Source of the DNA: Eledone cirrhosa
Lineage: Eukaryota
Direction of reading: 5' to 3'
NCBI GenBank assembly: GCA_964016885.1
Contig: OZ024740.1
Location: 434,496,001 to 434,560,000 of the forward strand
Length of the DNA: 64,000 bases
Shown here: in pieces, positions 53,730 through 64,000 of the stretch
How positions within the stretch are numbered: the first letter of the stretch is position 1
Layout: each line of letters begins with the position of its first letter
Position numbers and translations under genes: made by a program
The notes under the pieces: generated by a model
Databases searched by the model: none
What the model was told of the DNA's origin: nothing
What the model saw: the letters and a program-made list of their open reading frames with translations, nothing else

Positions 53730-54005
53730 CATAGGCTGGATAATGTAGTTAGCTGACAGAACACTGTATTTTAGGATTTTGTTCCGTTCAGCTGCGGATG
53801 CTGTAGCTCTCGCCCATACCTCTGCATCCAGGATATGGGAAGAAGCAAAAGAGTCACTAACTGTGACGTCCCAGGTAAGGCAGCTGCCTCTTGACCAGGA
53901 GCACAGAGTAAGACTGTCAAGTCTTTTCCCATCAATTCAGGACAACCCAGACGGTTCCAAAATTGAGGGGATGTTTGCCCGGGCCAAAGTACTTGAGTGG
54001 TAATA
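53730..54005 (-). mobile_element. CRE-like retrotransposon RLE-domain remnant
   Basis: Minus frame LARANIPSILEPSGLS*IDGKRLDSLTLCSWSRGSCLTWDVTVSDSFASSH...AAERNKILKY; matches the EP.GL...DGKRPD...WDVTV PD-(D/E)xK pattern. Confidence 0.8.
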
Positions 54006-54149
54006 GGACAGTGTGTGTATGTGCGCGCGCGTGAGTTGGTCGGTGTCCTTAAATTAGAGATGTGTGTGTGTCACTGTTTTTAAGTTAGACATATGTGTGT
54101 ATCCCTTTCTTTTCTTTTACACACACACACATACATTCACACAAACTGT

Positions 54150-54810
54150 GTGATGGACGAGTGGACAGAAATCCCTCAAATTTATATACATATGAATGGA
54201 GTTCTATTGAAGCAGTTAGAAAAGTTCAAGTATCTTGGAGCCATGTTCATGAGTGATGGAATGCAGGAGGTTGAATTAAGTGGAAGAATTGCAAAAGCTG
54301 ATGCAGTAATGCACCAGCTTCTGCATTCAGCAATCGGGTGTAAAAGCCAAATTCACTGTCTTCCTGGTATTCCTGCCAACTCTTACCGAGGATCTTGAGT
54401 AATGACCTAAAGAATACACTTGCAAATAAAAGTGGCAGAAATGGGATTTCTCCGAAGGGTCTTTGGAGTAACGTTACTTGATAAAGTGCATAACTCAGAG
54501 ACCAGAGAGTCACTCTTGGTAGAGCCACTACTTCTCTGAATTGAGAGATCACAACTCCGATATTATGAGTATCTGGTTAGAATGTCTCAGTAAAGAATCG
54601 CTGGACACATTTTACAGGCAAAACCAACCGGCAAGAGACCCAGTGGTAGACCCTGAGCAAGATAGTCGGATAACATCCATGAGCTTGGCTGGTCACACTT
54701 TGGGATCCAGCTGGTTCAGTTAGAGATGTTTGCTACTGACAGACTCGCTGGAAGGAGTGTTTGAGAAGGACTTCCCCCATGACTCTCTCAAAAATAAGTG
54801 GGGGAAGAAG
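54150..54810 (+). mobile_element. RTE-clade LINE 3' part (end of RT region), degenerate
   Basis: LKQLEKFKYLGAMFMSDG...ELSGRIAKA; 3' end homologous to the 26669 and 49185 fragments. Confidence 0.8.
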
Positions 54811-54830
54811 ATATTGTCAATTTACATATA

Positions 54831-54919
54831 TCTATATACATATATATTTGCGTATAATACCAATATGCACACTACATATCCCAGCAGAAAACTGCCCAAA
54901 CGGGCGGTTTTTCTGCTAG
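54831..54919 (+). mobile_element. 89-bp minimal Helitron-like element
   Basis: a|tctatataca ... ctgccc-aaac-gggcgg hairpin ... ctag|t. Confidence 0.55.
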
Positions 54920-54924
54920 TAAAC

Positions 54925-55290
54925 AGTAATGGATTGGTAAAATTGTTAGAGACCCAGGCAAAGTGTTTTGTGTTATATGGATCACCTCTTTATGTTCTGA
55001 GATCGACTTTGCTTTCCACCCCTCCTGGGTCGATAAAATAAAGTACCAGTAATGTACTAGGCCGAAATATTTAACTTTCCCTTCCACTAAATTGCTGGTC
55101 TTGTGCCTAAATTAAAATCATCATTATTATTATTGTTATAATAGGTAGAGCGTTTACATTCTGAGTTCAAATCCCGCCTAGGTTAACTTTGCCTTTACAG
55201 GGTCGATAAAATAAAGTACTGGGGTCGAGTTACTCGACTTTCCCCTCGCCCAAAATGGCCTTGTCCTAAATCAGAAACAATTATTATTTT
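54925..55290 (+). mobile_element. Two adjacent diverged family A-related SINE copies
   Basis: gggtcgataaaataaagtac at ~55027 and ~55200; B box gagttcaaatcc at ~55163. Confidence 0.7.
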
Positions 55291-55646
55291 GTTATGTTGA
55301 AGAAGAAATATGTTTAGTAGTCTTCTAGAATGTTGTTGGTGTTTAGTTAAGGTTTCTGTGAAGAAAACCTTGGAATAGGATGGAAGGATTTAGGTGGTAC
55401 CAGATGGTTGCAATTCTGTGCAGGACAGGAACATGAGGCAATAAGACTGAATGTAGGGGAGGTGGATGTATGAGATTAAGGGGTTACAGAGCAGGAACTT
55501 TTATAGTAGTGCTAGTCAAGATCTGGAGGGGTACAGCATGTGTGTCCCTAGGGTTGATTTTAACTGCAGTTTGAGCAAACCTGTGATGTCACTCAGATGT
55601 CACCATACCACATTTTAGAGTTATATAAGACTATATTATCTAATGT

Positions 55647-55816
55647 GAAGCTGCATGGCTTAGTGGTTAGAGCATTGGGCTTGCAATCGAAAGGTTGTGA
55701 GTTCAATTCTCAGACCAGGTGATGTGTTGTGCCCTTGAGCAAGACACTTTATTTCACATTGCTCCAGTTTATTCAGCTGTAGAAATGAGATGATAGGACT
55801 GGGATCCCTATCATTA
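55647..55816 (+). mobile_element. SINE family B, 5' half
   Basis: Reverse complement of ~25567-25735. Confidence 0.8.
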
Positions 55817-55899
55817 AATCACCCAAGACACCTCTGAGATATCCCTTGGAGGAGGCCAGCTAAACCTGCATAGGTGTGAGCTGTAACAACAAAAAAACA

Positions 55900-56921
55900 T
55901 CTATATATTAATTTCAACAATGTCAGTATTCCGTGTGTCATAATTCTCGATTATCATTGGTTTATAGGTTTCAAACGACTCCGCCCACCTCAACGACGCC
56001 AAACTTAAATTAATATGCATAACACCAATGAGGGAGTGAGAGGGGAGAGTAAGAAACAGAGGCAAATTGAACGCTGTAACTATTACCATGTGTGCGTGTG
56101 TATGTACGTGCGCGTATGTTTGTGTGTGTGCATGCGTGTGCACATTTCCATGCGTGTATGTGTGTATACGTAGGGCGTTCCACAATTGCCACGCAGTTTA
56201 TCTGTCTGTGTGCCTGTCTGTCAGTCTAACATACACAGAGTTGTGAAGGGAGTAAATAGGGACCCTTTTTTACATTGACGGACATTTTTTATATTTATTA
56301 TTGTCATTTTTTGACAATTGCTCGAAATGAATACTGATAATAAAAGCAATTCGACTTTATCAAACAGTGAACTACAGCAGCGACGGCGTGCAGCCAGGAA
56401 TGAGGGAAAACAGGCCGAACAGCGCCATTGGAACGCCAAACTTCAGAGGCTAAGACGTGCTGCCATGAATGAATGAGCTGGCTGAACAACGCCAACGAAA
56501 CACTGGTGCCAAGCAGCGACGGCGTGCTGCGATGGTTGAAGACGAACTGGCTGAGCATCAGCTTTTATATTAATTATCTATATCTATATCTACATTTAAT
56601 ATAAAAGATTGGAACTTCCATCATCCCTTTGAGAAACGTGGAACAACCACGTCTATGCAATGATACACGTTTTACAGTCAGGCAGAAGGTGAACCATCTC
56701 CTAGAGGTCACTATTCTAGGTGGGAGCACCTAGAATTGTTCATATACTATGCACAAACGGTACAACAAAGAATCTGGTATATCTGAAAGATTTTTTTTTA
56801 CTGTTTTCTGTATCACACAGACACCACATACTGTAACCAGACATCCAATACAGTCATTTTCTCTTTTACCTGTCTTCTCTTATCATCTGTTTACCCGGGC
56901 GAAGCTGGGTACGTCAGCTAG
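55900..56921 (+). mobile_element. Internally deleted Helitron retaining RepHel fragments
   Basis: a|tctatatattaa 5' end, hairpin acccgggcgaagctgggt, ctag|t 3' end; internal IIPLRNVEQPRLCNDTRFTV (Pif1-type helicase motif) and Arg-rich QRRRAA repeats. Confidence 0.82.
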
Positions 56922-57122
56922 TATTATCTAATGTGTCTTTACCTGTATGAAAATGGTAGGGTGTGATTGAAGGAGGATTTGGCTGCTATTTCTAGCAGGT
57001 TGGCTCCCACATTGAGGTTCTCTTGTTAACTCATTATAAGGGTTGAAGTGTGCTAATATGTGAAGCTCTTCTAATTTGAGAGCCTACAATATAACTAATG
57101 TTCATCACTTTTATCTTTTCAG

Positions 57123-57196
57123 GAACTGTACCGATGTCTTTTGCTGTATCCTGTTTGTCATATTTATTGCTTCTATGATTGGGGTGTCAGTTTTTG
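57123..57196 (+). CDS. SLC44A2: Internal coding exon of a choline transporter-like protein (SLC44/CTL family, CTL2/4/5-like): (R)NCTDVFCCILFVIFIASMIGVSVF
   Basis: ttttatcttttcag acceptor, gtaagt donor, 74 bp, phase 2 to phase 1; RxCTDxxCCxLF followed by TM1 is the CTL signature; exact paralog uncertain. Confidence 0.88.
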
Positions 57197-57345
57197 GTAA
57201 GTAACTTAAACTAAAAGTTAGTATTTTTACTAATCATTCTGTTTTTGTTTATTTGTTTCTATGAATGCTTTTCTTACTGGAAATGTATTTCTAATGAAAT
57301 AAATTATTTTGAAAATAATAAAAAGAAAATTGAGGGGTTGGAATT

Positions 57346-57435
57346 GAAGGTGTATGGCTTAGTGGTTAGAGAGATGAATTTAGAATTGTGAGGTAAGTTC
57401 AACTCTTGATGTCACTGGTGTCAAGCAGTATTGGC
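57346..57435 (+). mobile_element. Diverged SINE family B head
   Basis: gaaggtgtatggcttagtggttagag...aagttcaactc. Confidence 0.5.
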
Positions 57436-57739
57436 CATTTCCTTTCCTTTGGACAGCACCATATATAGTGTACAATTGACTGCACACCACACCACAATGG
57501 TCAACTTTACCATCAAGTGTGACAATGGGTCACACCACAATGGTCAATGGAAGATCTTTATTATATCTGTACTGTATTATATCTATTTTTCTATGTTGAT
57601 AAGTGGAATGTTTTTTTATTTTGATGGAGCAATTATTTTATAGTTAAATGTGTTTGCTACTTCTTATCAGTCAACTGTTGATGTAGCAGTGGAAGCTGGT
57701 GTCTCACACTGTAACAACACATGTATCGGGGTCTAAAAC

Positions 57740-57829
57740 TATTACCTAGTAAAATTTGATTTGGTCCAGCCGTTTGAGAATGCATAAGAAAAAGACAGAC
57801 AGACACAAAGAATTTTATATATATAGAGA
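57740..57829 (-). mobile_element. Helitron-like 5' end fragment
   Basis: Minus strand a|tctctatatatataaaattctttgtgtctgtctgtc, similar in style to the 18074 5' end. Confidence 0.5.
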
Positions 57830-58007
57830 TTGTATTTTTGCAGTAAAGGTTTTATCTCACATAACATCAAATCCATGAGATTTTAACATTATTTATTTTG
57901 AGAATAATAGCTTAACGTCAGTATGAGTGGCCAGTAACACTCAGTTTGAACAGAAAAAGGTAAGAGAATTCTGGCTGGATATAGCCAGTTTAAATGCTAA
58001 AGGGTTA
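57830..58007 (-). mobile_element. piggyBac-type MITE copy (unexpanded paralog of 23504-24436)
   Basis: Terminus gctaaagggttaa; colinear with 23504-23650 plus 24370-24400. Confidence 0.7.
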
Positions 58008-58130
58008 AAGAAAATAGCTTGGTATACTGAAAAGTTTAATTTATGACCATAGGCTTTGTTCCATAACCCTCACAGGGAGAAAAAAAGGAGAAGGCAACCA
58101 TTGGGGTCAGTGTAGTAGCAGCTTAACTGA

Positions 58131-61100
58131 TGTACTCCACTAACAACTGTTGTACTTCATTAACAATTGTTGTACTTCACCAACAACTGCTGCACTCCAC
58201 TAACAACTGTTGTACTTCACTAACAACTGTTGTACTTCACTAACAACTGTTGTACTTCACTAACAACTGTTGTACTCCACCAACAACTGTTGTACTCCAC
58301 CAACTGTTGTACTCCACCAACAACTGTTGTACTTCACCAACAACTGTTGTACTTCACCAACAACTGTTGTACTTCACCAACAACTGTTGTCCTTCACCAA
58401 CAACTGTTGTCCTTCACCAACAACTGTTGTCCTTCACCAACACCTGTTGTACTTCACCAACAACTGTTGTCCTTCACCAACAACTGTTGTCCTTCACCAA
58501 CAACTGTTGTCCTTCACCAACACCTGTTATACTTCAGCAACACCTGTTGTCCTTCACTAACACCTGTTGTCCTTCACCAACAACTGTTGTCCTTCACCAC
58601 CAACTGTTGTACTTCACCAACAACTGTTGTCCTTCACCAACACCTGTTGTCCTTCACCAACACCTGTTGTCCTTCACCAACAACTGTTGTCCTTCGCCAA
58701 CAACTGTTGTCCTTCGCCAACAACTGTTGTCCTTCGCCAACAACTGTTGTCCTTCGCCAACACCTGTTATCCTTCACCAACACCTGTTGTCCTTCACCAA
58801 CAACTGTTGTCCTTCACCAACACCTGTTGTACTTCACCAACACCTGTTGTCCTTCACCAACACCTGTTGTCCTTCACTAACACCTGTTGTCCTTCACCAA
58901 CAACTGTTGTCCTTCACCACCAACTGTTGTACTCCACTAACAACTGTTGTCCTTCACCAACACCTGTTGTCCTTCACCAACACCTGTTGTCCTTCACCAA
59001 CACCTGTTGTCCTTCACCAACAACTGTTGTCCTTCGCCAACAACTGTTGTCCTTCGCCAACAACTGTTGTCCTTCGCTAACACCTGTTGTCCTTCACCAA
59101 CAACTGTTGTCCTTCACCAACAACTGTTGTACTTCACCAACACCTGTTGTCCTTCACCAACAACTGTTGTACTTCACCAACAACTGTTGTCCTTCACCAA
59201 CACCTGTTGTCCTTCACCAACAACTGTTGTCCTTCACCAACAACTGTTGTCCTTCACCAACAACTGTTGTACTTCACCAACAACTGTTGTCCTTCACCAA
59301 CACCTGTTGTCCTTCACCAACAACTGTTGTACTCCACTAACAACTGTTGTCCTTCACCAACAACTGTTGTACTCCACTAACAACTGTTGTACTTCACCAA
59401 CACCTGTTGTCCTTCACCAACAACTGTTGTCCTTCACCAACAACTGTTGTCCTTCACCAACACCTGTTGTCCTTCACCAACAACTGTTGTCCTTCACCAA
59501 CAACTGTTGTCCTTCACCAACAACTGTTGTCCTTCACCAACAACTGTTGTCCTTCACCAACACCTGTTGTCCTTCACCAACAACTGTTGTCCTTCACCAA
59601 CAACTGTTGTACTCCACCAACAACTGTTGTACTTCACCAACACCTGTTGTCCTTCACCACCAACTGTTGTACTTCACCAACACCTGTTGTCCTTCACCAA
59701 CACCTGTTGTCCTTCACCAACACCTGTTGTCCTTCACCAACACCTGTTGTCCTTCACCAACACCTGTTGTCCTTCACCAACACCTGTTGTCCTTCACCAA
59801 CACCTGTTGTCCTTCACCAACAACTGTTGTCCTTCACCAACAACTGTTGTACTTCACCAACAACTGTTGTCCTTCACCAACAATTGTTGTCCTTCACCAA
59901 CAACTGTTGTCCTTCATCAACAACTGTTCTTCACCAACAACTGTTGTTCTTCACCAACAACTGTTGTCCTTCACCAACAACTGTTGTCCTTCACCAACAA
60001 CTGTTGTCCTTCACCAACAACTGTTGTCCTTCACCAACAACTGTTGTCCTCCACCAACAACTGTTGTACGCCACCAACAACTGTTGTACGCCACCAACAA
60101 CTGTTGTACGCCACCAACAACTGTTGTACTTCACCAACAACTGTTGTCCTTCACCAACAACTGTTGTCCTTCACCAACAACTGTTGTACTTCACCAACAA
60201 CTGTTGTACTTCACTAACACCTGTTGTCCTTCACCAACAAATGTTGTCCTTCACCAACAACTGTTGTACTTCACCAACAACTGTTGTACTTCACCAACAA
60301 CTGTTGTACTTCACCAACACCTGTTGTCCTTCACCAACACCTGTTGTCCTTCACCAACAACTGTTGTCCTTCACCAACAACTGTTCTCCTTCACCAACTG
60401 TTGTCCTTCACCAACAACTGTTGTCCTTCACCAACAACTGTTGTCCTTCACCAACAACTGTTGTCCTTCACCAACAACTGTTGTCCTTCACCAACAACTG
60501 TTGTCCTTCACCAACAACTGTTGTACTTCACCAACAACTGTTGTCCTTCACCAACAACTGTTGTCCTTCACCAACAACTGTTGTCCTTCACCAACAACTG
60601 TTGTCCTTCACCAACAACTGTTGTCCTTCACCAACAACTGTTGTCCTTCACCAACACCTGTTGTCCTTCACCACCAACTGTTGTCCTTCACCAACAACTG
60701 TTGTCCTTCACCAACAACTGTTGTCCTTCACCAACAACTGTTGTCCTTCACCAACAACTGTTGTCCTTCACCAACAACTGTTGTCCTTCACCAACAACTG
60801 TTGTACTTCACCAACAACTGTTGCACTCCACCAACAACTGTTGTACTCCACCAACAACTGTTGTACTCCACCAACAACTGTTGTACTCCACCAACAACTG
60901 TTGTACTCCACCAACACCTGTTGTCCTTCACCAACACCTGTTGTACTTCACCAACAACTGTTGCACTTCACCAACACCTGTTGTCCTTCACCAACACCTG
61001 TTGTCCTTCACCAACAACTGTTGTCCTTCACCAACACCTGTTGTCCTTCACCAACACCTGTTGTACTCCACCAACAACTGTTGTACTCCACCAACAACTG

Positions 61101-64000
61101 TTGTACTCCACCAACAACTGTTGTACTCCACCAACAACTGTTGTACTCCACCAACAACTGTTGTCCTTCACCAACAACTGTTGTCCTTCACCAACAACTG
61201 TTGTCCTTCATCAACAACAGTTGTCCTTCACCAACAACTGTTGTCCTTCACCAACACCTGTTGTCCTTCACCAACACCTGTTGTCCTTCACTAACACCTG
61301 TTGTCCTTCACCAACACCTGTTGTCCTTCACCAACACCTGTTGTCCTTCACCAACACCTGTTGTCCTTCACCAACACCTGTTGTCCTTCACCAACACCTG
61401 TTGTACTTCACCAACACCTGTTGTACTTCACCAACACCTGTTGTCCTTCACCAACAACTGTTGTCCTTCACCAACAACTGTTGTCCTTCACCAACAACTG
61501 TTGTCCTTCACCAACACCTGTTGTCCTTCACCAACACCTGTTGTCCTTCACCAACACCTGTTGTCCTTCACCAACACCTGTTGTCCTTCACCAACAACTG
61601 TTGTCCTTCACCAACAACTGTTGTACTCCACTAACAACTGTTGTCCTTCACCAACACCTGTTGTACTTCACCAACAACTGTTGTCCTTCACCATCAACTG
61701 TTGTCCTTCACCAACAACTGTTGTCCTTCACCAACAACTGTTGTCCTTCACCAACAACTGTTGTCCTTCACCAACACCTGTTGTCCTTCACCAACAACTG
61801 TTGTACTTCACCAACAACTGTTGTCCTTCACCAACAACTGTTGTCCTTCACCAACAACTGTTGTACTCCACCAACAACTGTTGTCCTTCACCAACAACTG
61901 TTGTCCTTCACCAACACCTGTTGTCCTTCACCAACAACTGTTGTACTTCACCAACAACTGTTGTCCTTCACCAACAATTGTTGTCCTTCACCAACAACTG
62001 TTGTCCTTCATCAACAACTGTTCTTCACCAACAACTGTTGTTCTTCACCAACAACTGTTGTCCTTCACCAACAACTGTTGTCCTTCACCAACAACTGTTG
62101 TCCTTCACCAACAACTGTTGTCCTTCACCAACAACTGTTGTCCTCCACCAACAACTGTTGTACGCCACCAACAACTGTTGTACGCCACCAACAACTGTTG
62201 TACGCCACCAACAACTGTTGTACTTCACCAACAACTGTTGTCCTTCACCAACAACTGTTGTCCTTCACCAACAACTGTTGTACTTCACCAACAACTGTTG
62301 TACTTCACTAACACCTGTTGTCCTTCACCAACAACTGTTGTCCTTCACCAACAACTGTTGTACTTCACCAACAACTGTTGTACTTCACCAACAACTGTTG
62401 TACTTCACCAACACCTGTTGTCCTTCACCAACACCTGTTGTCCTTCACCAACAACTGTTGTCCTTCACCAACAACTGTTCTCCTTCACCAACTGTTGTCC
62501 TTCACCAACAACTGTTGTCCTTCACCAACAACTGTTGTCCTTCACCAACAACTGTTGTCCTTCACCAACAACTGTTGTCCTTCACCAACAACTGTTGTAC
62601 TTCACCAACAACTGTTGTCCTTCACCAACAACTGTTGTCCTTCACCAACAACTGTTGTCCTTCACCAACAACTGTTGTCCTTCACCAACAACTGTTGTCC
62701 TTCACCAACAACTGTTGTCCTTCACCAACACCTGTTGTCCTTCACCACCAACTGTTGTCCTTCACCAACAACTGTTGTCCTTCACCAACAACTGTTGTCC
62801 TTCACCAACAACTGTTGTCCTTCACCAACAACTGTTGTCCTTCACCAACAACTGTTGTCCTTCACCAACAACTGTTGTACTTCACCAACAACTGTTGCAC
62901 TCCACCAACAACTGTTGTACTCCACCAACAACTGTTGTACTCCACCAACAACTGTTGTACTCCACCAACAACTGTTGTACTCCACCAACACCTGTTGTCC
63001 TTCACCAACACCTGTTGTACTTCACCAACAACTGTTGCACTTCACCAACACCTGTTGTCCTTCACCAACACCTGTTGTCCTTCACCAACAACTGTTGTCC
63101 TTCACCAACACCTGTTGTCCTTCACCAACACCTGTTGTACTCCACCAACAACTGTTGTACTCCACCAACAACTGTTGTACTCCACCAACAACTGTTGTAC
63201 TCCACCAACAACTGTTGTACTCCACCAACAACTGTTGTCCTTCACCAACAACTGTTGTCCTTCACCAACAACTGTTGTCCTTCATCAACAACAGTTGTCC
63301 TTCACCAACAACTGTTGTCCTTCACCAACAACTGTTGTCCTTCACCAACACCTGTTGTCCTTCACCAACAACTGTTGTCCTTCACCAACAACTGTTGTCC
63401 TTCACCAACAACTGTTGTACTTCACCAACAACTGTTGTCCTTCACCAACACCTGTTGTCCTTCACCAACAACTGTTGTCCTTCACCAACAACTGTTGTCC
63501 TTCACCAACAACTGTTGTACTTCACCAACACCTGTCGTCCTTCACCAACAACTGTTGTCCTTCACCAACAACTGTTGTCCTTCACCAACAACTGTTGTCC
63601 TTCACCAACAACTGTTGTCCTTCACCAACAACTGTTGTCCTTCACCAACACCTGTTGTCCTTCACCAACAACTGTTGTCCTTCACCAACACCTGTTGTAC
63701 TCCACCAACACCTGTTGTACTCCACCAACAACTGTTGTACTCCACCAACAACTGTTGTACTCCACCAACAACTGTTGTACTCCACCAACAACTGTTGTCC
63801 TTCACCAACAACTGTTGTCCTTCACCAACAACTGTTGTCCTTCACCAACAACTGTTGTCCTTCACCAACAACTGTTGTCCTTCACCAACAACTGTTGTCC
63901 TTCACCAACAACTGTTGTCCTTCACCAACAACTGTTGTCCTTCACCAACAACTGTTGTACTTCACCAACAACTGTTGTACTTCACCAACAACTGTTGTCC
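58131..64000. repeat. 20-bp minisatellite, >=290 copies, continues past window end
   Basis: Unit ca(a/c)ctgttgt(c/a)cttcaccaa. Confidence 0.98.

Noticed and set aside
55300-55600. Possible CR1/L2-type LINE 3' remnant on the minus strand
   Set aside because: Only a faint HYYKSSCS resemblance; too degenerate to support
55647-55720. tRNA-like sequence with A and B boxes (also other SINE heads)
   Set aside because: Continues into SINE body, multiple diverged copies, no clean acceptor stem or terminator
58230-62311. TNNCC-repeat ORFs
   Set aside because: 20-bp unit read in rotating frames; not a protein repeat

Overview
Repeat-rich, AT-rich animal genomic DNA, most likely an octopus or other coleoid cephalopod (inferred from the SINE, Penelope and Helitron repertoire; not provable here). 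About half the window is tandem repeat: 60, 24, 12, 22, 29-30 and 20 bp minisatellites, a TCTG/TG compound microsatellite and TA-embedded arrays. These generate all the giant ORFs, which are spurious. A 200-N scaffold gap lies at 38886-39085. One host exon is well supported: a 74-bp choline transporter-like (SLC44/CTL) exon at 57123-57196 (+). Two possible SLC44-type first coding exons lie on the opposite strand left of the gap. Mobile elements are a near full-length but decayed Tx1/L1-clade LINE inside a microsatellite, a Penelope GIY-YIG remnant, CRE-like and RTE LINE remnants, two tRNA-derived SINE families, non-autonomous Helitrons, and hAT, mariner and piggyBac-type MITEs. Most interesting observations: (i) a conserved bulged stem-loop motif shared by otherwise dissimilar palindromic elements sitting in (TA)n; (ii) minisatellites whose unexpanded seed sequence is visible in the same window; (iii) a possibly microsatellite-targeting Tx1 element; (iv) a possible contig misorientation or head-to-head SLC44 paralog. 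No CRISPR array or prokaryote-type system is supported. Coordinates of degenerate repeats are approximate (read by eye).
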